Shown here piece by piece: positions 1 to 13,447 of a DNA stretch of 64,000 nt; positions within the stretch are counted from its first letter, which is position 1, and every line of letters begins with the position of its first letter. The position numbers and the translations under genes were made by a program. A model generated the notes under the pieces. It was not told where the DNA came from and did no database searches. It saw only the letters and a list, made by a program, of their open reading frames with translations. The stretch comes from Squalus acanthias (lineage: Eukaryota). The DNA is taken from positions 123,692,001-123,756,000 of the forward strand of contig CM059431.1 in NCBI GenBank assembly GCA_030390025.1. Reading direction: 5' to 3'.

Positions 1-1074
1 CAAGGGATATTCGGGCCTCCTCAGTCCCGGCCTTGCCTCTCCCTCTGGCATGATGGCATTGGCTGCAGAAGCCCTTGCCTGGAATTAAGGAAGAGAAAAT
101 TGGCATGGGGTATTGCCCCTGATCTCTATATAGTGTTGTCTAGATAAACACTAAATCCTGCATAATACACCAAATGTATTGGAAGTATATTAAAACATCC
201 AAATCTGTAACCTATATTAGTGGAAGGATATCAGATGAACTTTCTCCCTTTCCTGACATGTACACATTAGAAAATTAGATCAGGCTGATCTATTTTATGT
301 TTTGAGATTCATATAGGATGACTAAATTCACTAACTCCAGATTCCCCTACATAACCCAGCCCAAATGATACCAATGATTAAGGAAAACAGATCAGTCAAC
401 AGCAGGACCACAGTACCAGGCTAAGTGGAGTGCAAATTAACTCTTGTTTGCCAGAGACATCAAAGAATGAGGTGGACATAGCAATGCATTACTAATACTA
501 CTTCGTTTAACTATAATTGCAAGGATATGGTCAATGCTATTACAAGGTTAATTGAATATTCAATGTAAATCAACAGAATCTGAATCATTGTAAGCACAAC
601 AGCAGCTTAATTATAACCATCACAATATCTCAGCATGAGCTGAGTTTTGCTTAGTAACAATATAACAGCATAATATGGTCGGTGTCCAAAAGTACTGTAC
701 AGCCTTATGAGTCGAAGTTCAAAGTTCAAATATATTAAGTATATCATCGGTAAACCTCCAGTATTAAGACTGTCTCTTGGTGACATAAGCATTAAATCAT
801 AGAACGTCTCCTTAAGTAATAGACTGTAGAGTCTGCCAGTGCAGCTCTCCAGTGATGCTCTGGGGTCACTTATAGGACATCTCTGTAGCAAGTCTCATCA
901 TCATCTTTAGTCATCTTCTTTCTTCCTAATTTAGCTAACCCAGCATGTATTGTAATTTCCTTGGTGGACTGTTATACTGAACTGTGCCTAGTGCTTAAAT
1001 ATGGGCTATTAACTCTTTGAGCTCTTAAAAGGTCTTGCTGCTTCCAAGAACCTTTTTGTAAACCTTCCATGTAC

Positions 1075-2693
1075 TGTAGGGGGTGGTGTGGTAGGGGTCA
1101 GCCTCACCTCTGACTTAGTGAGCAGTTCGAATCGCTCCCACGCCCCTGGTTCTAGACCTTGGACTTATTTGGGGGTTGTGAACAAAGATGCAGTAGACAA
1201 CAGGTTTGGATGAAAGAGTTTTGACTTTTATTAAAAGAAAAAGGTAACAAACTTAAAACACACATAACACTTAAACAGGTTGGGGAACACATGGTACAGG
1301 CGAGGGAGAATGACAATATACCAAAAAAAACTTATCCCTCCCAAAAATCCCACTATCTAGCTAAGTTTTGATTTCAGGAGATCAGGGATAATGCTCACCA
1401 AACAGGGGTTTTGACAGTTCGAAATCCACCCAGGTAAGTTGATTGCGATTTTGGGGTACTCTCTTTTTGCCCTTTGGGGCCTGCCGTCCCCACATGGTAC
1501 GGGTCTGTGGAATCTGTGAGGGCTCCTCAGTCGGGTGGAGTCCACAGATGCGGTAGGGCGCGGTTGTGGAATTATCAGGTAAGTACCCGATTTCTTTGCT
1601 TTTAGCTGTAGGTTTAGAGTCTTTGCATGCAAGTCTTACCCAGGGGTAAGCCAGGAGTAGCTGTAGGGTTGGCGATTCTTTGTGTTTCCCCTGGTTGGCT
1701 GATTTAGGTCGTGGTTGCCTGGTGGTTTATCGTTGCGCGGGGCCTTGGTCCCCGCGGTACCTTTGAATGGCGGTCTACCTCGTGGAGCCAATGGTGGCTC
1801 TGGCAGTTGATTTGTTGCATTGGAGGCCTGTCGGGGCTGGACCGTGTGCTGAGCGATGCCGACTCGCTCCCAGTGGTCTCAGCTCTAGCCCTTGCCTGGC
1901 CTTGTCTGTCGCTGCCTCTGATCTCACCCCGGGTCTGCCTCGTGGCCTTGCTGCTTCTCTCCTCCTCCTGCTCGTGTCGTGTAGCCCTCTGTAGCTGTGA
2001 GTAGCTTGCTGTGTGTGCTGGGGGAATAGGCCCTCAATTATACAGTTCCAGGCCCATTGTCTTAGGTTTTGGCGGGCTCGTAAAGTTTTGATGGCTTCAA
2101 CTTTATGTTTATTTGTCCTGATGGCTTCCGATGTCTTCCGTTTAGGCAGGGCCTTTATCTACGCGCCAAATCTCGCCCCCTTTGTCTTAGGTTTTTGGCG
2201 GGCTTGTTAATATGTCCCTGTAGATACTTGGCTAATTGGTTTTTGATGGGGTGATGGGTGTACTGGATGTTTTATTGTTTTCAGGCTTCTAGCATCCTGT
2301 TTGGGCCTGGGGATTTTCAAAAGGGGTCTTGGATTGTTCATTTTTGGATGTGTTTGTGAGGTTTTGGATGAGGCTCTTCCTCTGCTTGGATTGCAGTGCA
2401 AACATTTTCCAGACAGCCTGACTGGGCCCCTATAACCAAAAGCTGTCCACTGCCTCGCCACACCCCTCCTCAGCCTGTCTTGTCTCTGTGAAAGGTGTTT
2501 CTCCCAATAGTAATATCCAAAAGTCATTTTCCTCAGGGGTTTTCTTCCCTGACCCTTAAAAATGTCCAAAACTGAGGTTTTTGCCTCAAATCACTTCATT
2601 TAGGTCCCATCATCCCAAATTCGTATGAAAAATCCAAAAATCACCCCTTTTAGGGTTCTATACGAGTTTCTGGGGAATTTTGCGAAGCCTACA
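1075..2693 (-). mobile_element. Solo LTR, family A copy 1 (1619 bp)
   Basis: TGTAGG...CCTACA termini; 4-bp TSD GTAC (1071-1074, 2694-2697); minus-strand AATAAA at 1227-1232; first ~150 bp nearly identical to 57044 onward; no gag/pol ORF. Confidence 0.9.
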
Positions 2694-5600
2694 GTACCAA
2701 GGCCTTTGATTAACTTTCACAACAAGTTTTTAAAGAAAGTCTCACTTCAAATACCTTAACTGTCAAAAAAGAATTCACCTTCAGATGACCTGACCAATAA
2801 ATATCCAATTTGGTTATGTAGACCCCTTTCTAAGATACCATTCAACTACAGACATGTCTTAGAAAGTTGTAACTGTCAACCTGTATCAACCTTAGTGATA
2901 TAGTAAATGATAGTGATAGCAGACTACAGGAAGCTCATTACACAGTGCCCTGGTTCTTTATTTTTATCGAAGATTCGAAAATTCCTTCTTTATCTGGTCA
3001 ACACCACCTGCTGCAAGATGTAGTGAACTGTTATTTTGTCCGAATACTAAAATCACGTAATTGGAATTAATCCATTGCGCTGGACTACAACTTTCCTACA
3101 ACAGATCTGATGTCTGCTGAAGTGTGTATGAGAAGACGTTGCATGTGGACACAGTCAGGCTCAGCTGCAGTGTTGCCTCCCCACCCCCCACAATCAAATA
3201 ACATGTTGACATTCACTGCCAATGCTCACACATGAATAATGGCCTGTTCGGCAATTACATCCGAGAACTGTACCCAGCCAGGAATCAATGCCTTCAGGAG
3301 AGATGGGGAGAGGAGAAAATTTGAAAGAAGAAAAATTAGTACATATGCAACCTAATAAGTAAATTGAACAAGTGCTATTTACAACAGAAGGAAAAGGTTA
3401 GAAAAATGCTGAATGGCATAAAGACAATTGCTGCAGATGAACTGACAGGATTTTATTAATGAATTCCATAAACGGAAACAACTTGGCCTTTACTCTCCCC
3501 AGTCTGTCATTAACAGTCTCTGCACTGCCTCAGTGGTACACTTCAGCATGAGAGGTGTAACAGAATAATAAAAATGTTAATGGAAAGCTGCCACTTTTGC
3601 ACACTAACACAGGAGGTAAACAACATCTTTGGTGTTTTATTGAAAGATCAACAAGTAGAAATGCTGGAGATGGGCAGAAAATATCAGTTTGAAAGCAACT
3701 GGTACAACAAGCCATGAAGACAAATAGATCCTACAAAAAACACATATTAAATTTATATAAACTAGTGCATCTCCTGTGACGTTGATTACACAGCAGAATG
3801 TAAAAATAAATTAATAAATTAATGAATTAATCATCATAAATAAAGGTCGATTGGTGGAATCCATGCAGCAACGCAGAAGTTGGGCGAGGAGTTGGTGGGA
3901 GTCATTGGCACCACAAACTCAGCATTGAACGGATAGCTTGCTTTTTTAAAATAAAACTTTCCTGTGTCTCCTTTCTCTGCCTTTCCTTCACTCTGCTATC
4001 TTTTCTGTCATCTGCCCCTCTAGATTTGATCATTTCTCCCTCTCTCTTTCTTTATTGTCTTTTTTTTCATTCTGCAGAAGCAGAACTGAAGCTCAGATTT
4101 ATATATTTCCAATTTTAGATGGTTGTCTTTTAAATTATGCTGCCGATTAGTTGATTCAACGAATGGGGAAAACAATAATTCAAAGTCAAAATCGCAGTTG
4201 AGAACTATGGATAATTTCAAATAGACTTACTGCATTTGTTTATGTTGCTCCTCTCTGCTCGAGAAATGTCAGGATTCAGATTCCCCAGGTGCCATTATCA
4301 GGATCTAGTTTTCACACATCAGACATTGTCATGTTCTCTACAGCATAGTCATCACCAAGTCCAGAGCTGCAAGTTTCTTTTAACTGGAGTTAGAACTGGG
4401 TAATTTTGTACAACTATGTGGCAGACCCAAGCTATGAAACTGGCTCGAGGCTGGAGCTTACAGACTAGTCTATGGAGAACTGATGGTTTGTCAGGTGTCT
4501 GAGCCAGGTCAGGAGAGGCTTTGCTACATTTCCAGCAACCCATGTTGCACTTGACAGCAGCATAGAGATAGAACATTAGCATCAGCTGCAGAAAAAATAC
4601 TAAAAGTCCTTTAGTTGTTGGGTGAAGGAAGTGAACTTCACACACAAGCAAATCCACAACGATAAATCTTGGAGATAAAGGGGCAGCTCAAGGTAGTAAG
4701 GAACTGGGACTCCTGCAGCTTGAGCCAATGAAAAGATTCTAGGTATACTAATTCTAAGTCATGGAAAGGAGATGAATCAGCTAAGCTCTGAGATGGAGAT
4801 AGTCAAGCACCTGTGGGATGTTACCTGCAAATAAATGTTACAATGCAGCGTGATTGAGATAGCAAAATGTAGTCTTCAAATAACGAGCATTAGTTTGGTT
4901 AAAATATATTTCCTGTCCTGATTCTGATTAATAATATCAGTTGATTATGTGCAATTATTTAACAATGTTTAAATCAATATCCTACGTCTGATTAAAAATG
5001 CTGCCACAATGAATGAATAAATTCACCCAAAAAATACAATAATTGATTGAAATACATTTCAGTTACAATCATTTTACTTGTAATTCCACACATTTCATTG
5101 AAATAAACATAGAAGAAGAAAAAAAACAGTGTGTAAGATTCACACAATTTTATCTCAATAGAAAACACATTTTCAGATACTCTCTTGGTTAAATGGGTTG
5201 GAGTCATTGGGGAATGAGGGTAGGGAAGGAGGAGCACAACATCAGGAAATGGGAAAAGAAAGGTGTGCAGTATCAAGGCATCAGGCAGGACAGAAGGAGC
5301 ACAAAATATGAGCAATCAGACATGAGAGAAGCAGAAGAACATCAGGGAATCAGATAACCGAGATGTGGCACAACAGTAGGAAACTGAGTGAGAGAAGAAT
5401 GGTTTGATATCCAGAATTGGGCATGGAAGAAGGAGCACAACTTTAGGGAATTTAGTGGAAGGTGCAGTAGGAGCCAGCATTGAACTTTAAGAGCTGCCAA
5501 TCGGCCATGCATGTGCAATGACCCTCCCTACCCCAAGGAAACATTAATAGGGTCAACCCTTGTACATTCATCAAGCACAGGAAGGATTGAGATGGATTGC

Positions 5601-5991
5601 TAGGGAAAGGGTGAAAGTGGCAGGGTAGAAGTAGAACTGAAGCCCCAGGCACTTGTCAGAAGGTAGGCCTCTTAGGGTAAAACAAGTTGAACAGCTATGA
5701 AACAAGAGATGGGAAATTTTATGGGTAAGCTGAAAGATTTTTTGCTGAATTATTTCAGTACCTCAAGTTAAAAATAGATTTTTGGTGGTTTTACCTCGTT
5801 AACTGGCCACTGAAAGAATCTGGCAAAAGTTTGTTTGAACAATTTGACTGGACAGTTTTGAAGTACTGCTGGGCTATCAATGATAACTTTAAAAGAAAAA
5901 AATTAAGGAATTTAATTGTTCTTTTTTCTGCTCATTACTCATGCCTCATTATTACTTTCTGTTACTTTGATTCATTCCTATTAGACATATT

Positions 5992-6187
5992 AGGACCAAT
6001 TCCCCGATTGGCACTCCCAATAAGGAATGACGCTAACAAGGAAAGGCTGGTCAGTAAATCACCAGCTTGTAGCTTCTGATTTTTCACCCATTAATGTAAA
6101 TGAACAGAAAATTAAGGTCCATTTCCTGACCAGTGCTCCCTACCAGCATTGCTCATCAGCAGAAGCATTAAATCAGGAAATCAGCCG
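5992..6187. mobile_element. Degenerate hairpin MITE (Harbinger-type, tentative)
   Basis: Inverted arms CTGGTCAGTAAAT/ATTTCCTGACCAG around a central CCATTAATGTAAATG. Confidence 0.35.
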
Positions 6188-7235
6188 TAATACTCATTCA
6201 TTAGTTAATCATATTTATGCGATGGTTTTGAAGTGCAGTACCTTTGAGATTCCACACTTTGAAGTGTGATGCCTTTGAAAAGTGTAAAGCTATGGATACA
6301 CACTGGACACAAGGGGCTCAAAATACCAGTATGGGCCAAGGCAGAAACCTGGGATTGAGGAGTGGAAAATGGGGTGGAACTCAATTATCGGCATTTCACC
6401 CTGTCTCTAATGCACTGCCATTTTTTTGGTAGGTGGGTGCGGATGGATCTTCTGCACACCCCTCTACATCAAGAGGTTGTGCCTGGGGAGTTGCTGGGCT
6501 ACTCTGGAAATTCTGCCCATTTTGGGGAATTCTCACCGGCTGAGAATTGGAATCAGTCCCGCTGAGAACCTTATGAAGGTGCCAACTTATCATAACTTGT
6601 GGTTTTCCCTGTTTCAATACTACCAGTGCCTCTAAAATCCAGTAACACAAAATATACCACTCACAAACATGTCAATTGGATCCAGCATTGTAAATGTTGT
6701 TATATAAAATCATATTTTTGCTGACTAATGTTTGTTTATACAGTAGGGATAATTTTATTAAAAATGTGTCAGAAAATTGTGGCAGCACATATCCAAGTTT
6801 CCAATATTTGCTGCTGGGAATTGAAGCACGAGCGCTGCATCCCAGATTTGCAAAATGACCCCTATTAATGAGTCTTTACACATAAAACTGACAACTTTAA
6901 TCATCAATCACATTGAAAGTGTTAGGTAAGTTATTACAGAAGTAGTTAACATTTCTAGTTTGGTGACACCCTGAATATTTTTTAATTATATATTAGATGA
7001 CCTTCCATAACTTTAATCTGGAGCATGGTAGTGATGTTTAGCTATGTGTTTAACTTGGACTGTCCCTTTAAGACCATTGCTTAACTAATACTTGTGACGA
7101 AGTGCTCACAATAAGGTTATCTTGCAGTTAATTAGAGGTTAATTTGTGAATCACTGCTGCTTCTTTTAGGATGAGACCAGGTTATCAAAGTTGGCAGAAA
7201 GCAAAAATAAATGACTTTCTTTATTTCTCTTTGTT

Positions 7236-8381
7236 GGACCAAATCCTGCTGGAGCAGGGCAGCTCGCAGAGTACTTATTCCTGCACCCTTCAGTGTGAAA
7301 AATGTTTATGCTGTAACTTGCTGGAAGTGTGAGCTAATAACAGAATGGCAAGGGGACCTTAGTGAACAGTGGGACCTACAGTGTATCTCCTTAACCAATG
7401 AGATTTAAGATTTGAGAAAGCAACAGAGGAACAATGGAGAAGGAGGGTAAATTAAACATTATTACACCTTAAACATTCACTCCCTCCACCACCGGCGTAC
7501 TGTGGCTGCAGTGTGTACCATCTACAAGATGCAGCAACTCGCCAAGGCTTCTTCGGCAGCACCTCCCAAACCTGCAACCTCTTCCACCTAGAAGGACAAG
7601 GGCAGCAGGCACATGGGAACACCACCACCTCCAAATTCCCCTCCAAGTCACACACCATCCTGACTTGGAAATATATCGCCGTTCCTTCATCGTCGCTGGG
7701 TCAAAATCCTGGAACTCCCTTCCTAACAGCACTGTGGGAGTACCTTCACCACACGGACTGCAGCGGTTCAAAAAGGCGGCTCACCACCACCTTCTCAAGG
7801 CCAATTGGGGATGGGCAATAAATGCTGGCCTTGCCAGCGACGCCCACATTCCATGAACAAATAAAACAAATTAGAATGGGTGACCTAGAGTCAAATCAGA
7901 TAAATAAAGCAAAATAAAGAGAGTGAAAGAAAGATTAGATTAAGATAGAGAGAAAAAAAGAGACAGAAAGGCAAAGTAAGAAACAATGTTCAACATTTTT
8001 AAAATCTCTAACAACAATTTACTACATGTAGGAATAAGATTAAACAGTTTAAATTGTTCCCTTTCCAGGCCAGAGAGTTTGATTGGCATTGTATTTACAA
8101 TTATCACATTGTTAAAAAGGTACTTATGCTGTTAAGTTCCAGCTCTAAATTTCTGCGGTGAGTTTAATGAGCATTTAATGAGCAAATCCAGCAAGTTCTT
8201 AAAAATAACGGGGGGTCTAAGGGCGCAATGTCATTTGTGCAAAGTTAATGGTGGAGCAGCAAGTTCTGGAGATTCACAACTCACAGTTTATCTCTTAATC
8301 CCCTGAACCTGCTGGCAGATTTGTTATTGATAATGGCGTGCGTCATTAACGCGCCATTATTTGTCCAGCAAGATTCGGCCC
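7236..8381. mobile_element. Old non-autonomous PIF/Harbinger-type element, interrupted by a LINE 3' end
   Basis: Imperfect TIRs GGACCAAATCCTGCTGG / CCAGCAAGATTCGGCCC; body matches the reverse complement of 49382-50142. Confidence 0.6.
7455..7868 (+). mobile_element. CR1/L2-group LINE 3' end
   Basis: Matches 32975-33350; ends GGGATGGGCAATAAATGCTGGCCTTGCCAGCGACGCCCACAT-like tail. Confidence 0.8.
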
Positions 8382-8494
8382 ATTATACTTTTTCAGGATT
8401 TTCAGTTGATTTATTGTTGTTTTGTGAATGTAATTCTTGAACTAATCAGGTGACATTAACTTTCCATGTGTAACATTTTCAAGTATGCAAGAGG

Positions 8495-9110
8495 CAAGAG
8501 CCCACAAACAGCAATGGCCACTTTGTCTTTAATCATGTTGGTTGAGGGAGCACTGTTGGCCAGGACACCAGGAGAACTCTGGTCTAGATGAATAGTGTGA
8601 AATCTTTAACATCCAGCTAAACAAACAGAAAGGGTGTCAGTTTAACATCTCAGCTGATGGGTGGTACACCTGACAATGCTGCACTCCTTTAGCACGGAAA
8701 TAGAATGTCAACCTAAATTAGAAGAGTAACGTTATGAACTGGTGCTCCTGTTGTGGAGCTTCACCTGCTGGAAGCACTTATCAGGAATTTGGACAACAGA
8801 AGACTGAATTCAACTTACGGCAATGGCAAAAAACGGTCGGTAGCGGATCAACCGCCATTAAACACCCCGCCCGATTTTCCTTTCTATTGACTTCAATGGA
8901 AAATTGGGCAGGGTGTATAATGGGGGGCCGTTTCACTGCTGCCCATTTTCTACCACTGACGAAAGTTAATATCAGCTCTGCGATCTCAATGATTTTCTGT
9001 CAATTAAATTCATAAAATAACTTCGTATGTGCTCAAACCCAGAGGGAGACTCAAACTCACAATCTTATGGATCAGAAACAAGAGTGCTACCAACTAAGCC
9101 AAGCTAACAC
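8495..9110 (-). mobile_element. Degenerate Deu-domain SINE (AmnSINE1/SacSINE1-like), split by an insertion
   Basis: 8530-8720 resembles the reverse complement of the Deu core (GGCCAGGACACCAGGAGAACTC, GTTTAACATCTCA, GACAATGCTGCACTCC); head-like segment at 9030-9110. Confidence 0.55.
8800..8978. mobile_element. Hairpin MITE with central ATTGACTTCAAT palindrome
   Basis: Arms ACACCCCGCCCGATTTTCC / GGAAAATTGGGCAGGGTGT; relatives at 23423 and 30648. Confidence 0.6.
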
Positions 9111-11784
9111 TTTTATAAATCGATTGCCAAAAATTTGGGGATTGTATTCTCACCAGAGACATTCATTGCTGCATTGCTTCGCCTCTGTATCTCAGTGAAG
9201 GGAGCTCTGCGCATTCAAACCTTTCACTGAACAGAGTGGTCTTTACTGAATTGCCGTGATATGATACTGGAGCGGTAACTGTTACTGGTAAGATTTCAAT
9301 CCAATGAGCTTTAACTTTTTTCACATTATTAAAAAGTATAAAATGGGAATAAGTGGCACAGCTATCAATTAAAATGAGCTTTGTGACAGCTTACTTAAAT
9401 ACTGTAGGATTCAGAAGACTGAACTGGAGAGCAGGTAGTTGCTTAGACTGAGAGACCAATAGGAAAAATGACCTTTAACCTATGTCATTATGAATAACTA
9501 CTCAGCCTTTCTTCAAGATTTAGCATAAAAATAAGCTTTATGACTTAATACTCATATTTAATAGAGACAACAAGCAATACAACAGGAACTATCGACATAC
9601 ATACATACATATATATAAAATCTATATCAATAAATATTTGGAGATATGTCTGTTAGATTTCAGCCTTTGCACTTAAAAAATTATACCAAAAAGGAAAGTT
9701 GATAATTCCTGCTGTTTCTCTAACCTTGAAATAACCAGGCTTCACCCCAAGGAAAGGAGCCAATCTGGAGAATATTCTAATAGTAATTAGGCTCTAGCTG
9801 ATTTCAAGATGTGCCCATTTATACTGCTTCCCCACCGTGAGTTACCTCAGCAATTGTTTTAAAGGGACATGCCAGATTAGCAACCGCACATCAGAACTAT
9901 GCTCCAGATTGCAGATTACGTATGAACAATGCCAAATGGGGGATCAGCAAATTACATAAAAATAATCATTAACCCAAGATCAGTACCTAGAGGAAAAGGG
10001 TTAAGCAATTCAATGTAACTGAATGGCTCCTTGCATCTTAAGAACCTGAATTTTACACTGGTTTAAAATCGATGTAGTTGTTCCACAATTTGATTACACT
10101 GCATTTATACAATCTCTTTTTCTAGGGCAGTGTGCTGGCTTAAAAAAATTGGTTATCTATATCTTCCCAACTTTAAGTCTTCAACCTCTTGTCCAGTTGA
10201 TCTTATAATCCCTGAATATACTGAAACACCTCATTATCTGATCTATTCATCTGTCTATTCATTCCTCTTTAGTCATATTTACTTCCCTGAAAGCTCAGAA
10301 CTCTGACTGCTCCTACCTGCCCCGCTCTGCCTGTCCAGTAACAGATTTTCTTTCTCTCTCTCTAGTGACACAGGAATTCTTGCAGGTTCCATAAGATTCC
10401 TGCATATGTGTTCCTCTCTACTTATAATTTGAACTGTGTGCACAATGTCAGCAGTGATGGCATAACATGATTTGGGTAACATTGCTACAGGCAATACCTT
10501 TAATTAATGGAAAAGCTATGACATCCACAGTGTAGCTCAGAACACGCTGTGACCTGACAGGCACTGCTCAGACATCAAACACATAGAAACATGAAGTGTA
10601 ACCCAGCTTTCCTTCTGTACCACACCTCACTGTAGCATCAAAGGAATTCAGGTTTGAAACCTGACCATATGTAATTGATAATCGTCTGTTTTTTGCAGCC
10701 AATTTGTTGCTTTCTACTGAGAGTGAATGATAATATTTAGCAGGTTAGCTAGGTATAAAATAAACCAAAACAGGAACTATTTGCATGACATGCAAGTGTA
10801 ATTTTTTTATCCTACTTTTCAGTAATAGTATTCTTTTTAAAATAATTTTTTTACCCAAAAACTCAATAGAATTCTTTCCCTCTGAGAGCTAGATTCATAA
10901 AATTCTGTAGTGCCAAAAAGATGTACCTATCTCATTTTGTCTCTGTTAAGGGTAATACCAACCAAAAAGAGAAGTCAGATGGCAGGTGAAGCCAATAATT
11001 AGATCTTCAAATGTAGTTAGCTTTCATCTTTTACCCAGGGCACAGTTAGGATGTTCCAATGGTGAAGACTATTTATTCCAGGCCACTAGATATGTGTCAG
11101 GTACTAGATTTCCATTGTTTGGAAGCCCCGTTACATTTTACTGGGGTATATTTTCTGGGCACTAAAGCTGGTGGTACAGCAGTGGAGCAGACTCAGGAAC
11201 AGAGTAGAAGGTCTGGCCTAGGCCCATATAACACCATAGTACCAAGCTCAATTTTATGGCAGGGCATTTAGACTCACAGAAGTGGTCTCACCAAAATGGA
11301 GTTGTACTTTTATTGAAGTATTTTTATGCATTGAACTATAGCCCAGTGGAATCACCCAGCTGCCTTGAATAGGATTAAGCTGGACACTCCTTTTATTCAT
11401 TTGGCATGGACCTTAGGGAAGCTCCATGAGCGATGGAATTCCAAGGCTAATTAGTCTCTTTTTAAATTTTTCAGCTTTAAAGAGATTTTCTACTGCCTTC
11501 TGTTATTATTTTTTTTATGGTATTGGTATTTTTATGTTTTTCATCAATGTTAACATATTATCAGAGATTTGTATTCTCCTAATACTATGCAATATTTATG
11601 TGGAACCTAAAGTAGATGAATAATTTCTCCTAATTCATTAAAATACTGAATGCAATTGAAGCTTTTCCAAAACTTCACCAGAACAGAAGAACTGGAAAAT
11701 ATACAGAACATTGACAAAGGGTCTTTACAATAAAAACATTCCTGAGAGCTATAAAGTAAGTGAAATAATCTGATGGTGAAACCC

Positions 11785-12122
11785 GCAACCATGCTTCGGT
11801 TACCTCCAGACTTGACTATTCCAATGCACTTCTGGCCAACCTCCCATTTTCCACCCTCCATAAACTTGAACTCATCCAAAACTCTGCTGCCCGTATCCTA
11901 ACTCACACCGAGTACTGCTCGCTGACCTATATGGGTCCCTGGTCCACGAACGCCTCAAATTTAAAATGATCTTCCTTTTGTTCAAATTCCTCCATGGCCT
12001 CACCCCTCCCTATCTCTATAACTTCTTCCAGCCTTACCACCCTCCAAGAACTCTGCATTCCCCAACTCCAGACTCTTATGTATCCTTCACTTCTTTTTCC
12101 CCACTACTGGAAGCCATGCCTT
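11785..12122 (+). mobile_element. L2 LINE 3' fragment
   Basis: Encodes [15 protein letters not shown]...[14 protein letters not shown], typical of the L2 ORF2 C-terminus. Confidence 0.75.
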
Positions 12123-13447
12123 CACAATAGTGGAATGTTACAGATGGAATTAATCCAAAATATAAATTTACTGCAACTTCACCATATTTATTTCCTATTG
12201 ATCTAGTGGTGTGCTCATACCACTGGTTCATGACACACAGGTCCCTGTAGCCAGTGACAGCTGGAATGTTAACTTGCCAGATTTGCTGAGGCCAGTGGCC
12301 AGGAAGACCCAGTTAAAAAAAACAAGACTTTCTTGCTGCAGGTATTAGTAAATATTTTATTCTAATGTTGCTGCGGGCTGTACAATACTCGCGTATTACA
12401 AGCCTATGGCACCAAATCAATCTGAAAGTGACTATTAAAATCAGGCTTAAAGAAATTATGAATTTAATAACACACCAATTAAAGCAATTTCTCGTGGTAA
12501 GACCTCATTTGAATAAGCCAGACTGATATTTTCCACACTTTTAGGGGCTGTTAAACATGAGCTAAGACATGTTTGAAACAGTTTTTAATGCTTCCCTTTC
12601 TGTTACTCTGATATTTGTACAACTGCTTTTGTTAAATATAAATCTGTTGCAGTGGTAATAACAACACTGGATGCTTGAAGTAACAAATAAATTAAATAAA
12701 GGATCTCACTTACAAAAGAGGTATTTAACAACACACAGGAATTTCTGTGCAGCTCTAACATCAAACGTGTGGATAAGAAGAGAATGCTTAAATGATATGC
12801 ATGGATGTGAAAACTGGATGTTGAATGTTGAAGAAAACAGAAGTCTGGGGACTTTTGAGTTATGGTGCTACAGAACTTTTAAGGGTGTCTGCTTGGTGAC
12901 GTTTATAGATATGGAGCGATATGCCCGATAGTGTAACTAGGAGATTGACTCAGATAACCGTACCCAGACTAATTACTTGGATGGAAGATGTTTTGACATT
13001 ATGCAATTGAACAGCAGGTTGTGCAACTTCACAAGCTCCATGACAGACTGTGTATCCTGACTCCTTAGAGCACCCTCTTGCTGCTGCTGACTGTGGTGTG
13101 GGTGATGGATGGAGCGCAATGCTGAGAAAAGAGCTCCTGACCCTCTGGCTGATTTGTCCTCCAGCTGAGGGAGGAGGTGGCCTTGACTACAGCCAGTGCC
13201 ATCTCTATGGTGCACGTTGGCTGCAGGTGTATTTGCAATAGAAAGCTTATATCTGAAGGCTCTATGCTGACTTGGAGCCTGTGGAACCAGTTTCTCAAGG
13301 TCATTGTCAAGTAGGTATAACAGGGCATACATATAAGGTTGGTGGCATAATGACATTGTGCTCATTCCAACTCTGGTGCCTGATGATCTCCCTGATATGC
13401 TTTATTCTGCCGTGTACTATTTTAACCATAAACTATTACTTATTGTA

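Noticed and set aside
600..3100. Possible decayed or viral ORF on the minus strand spanning the LTR insertion (RLYSTFGHRP recalls the GHP motif of mononegaviral L proteins)
   Set aside because: Hand translation across the rejoined site gives stops at about random frequency and no second motif. A tBLASTx/HMM search would be needed.
5220..5460. Purine-rich stretch with recurring GGAGCACAA and CATCAGG words
   Set aside because: Too degenerate to define a unit; treated as low-complexity DNA.
10279..10494. 71-aa minus-strand ORF as a possible exon
   Set aside because: Weak splice signals and no recognisable domain.
12973..13365. 130-aa minus-strand ORF
   Set aside because: No recognisable domain or clear acceptor; length compatible with chance.
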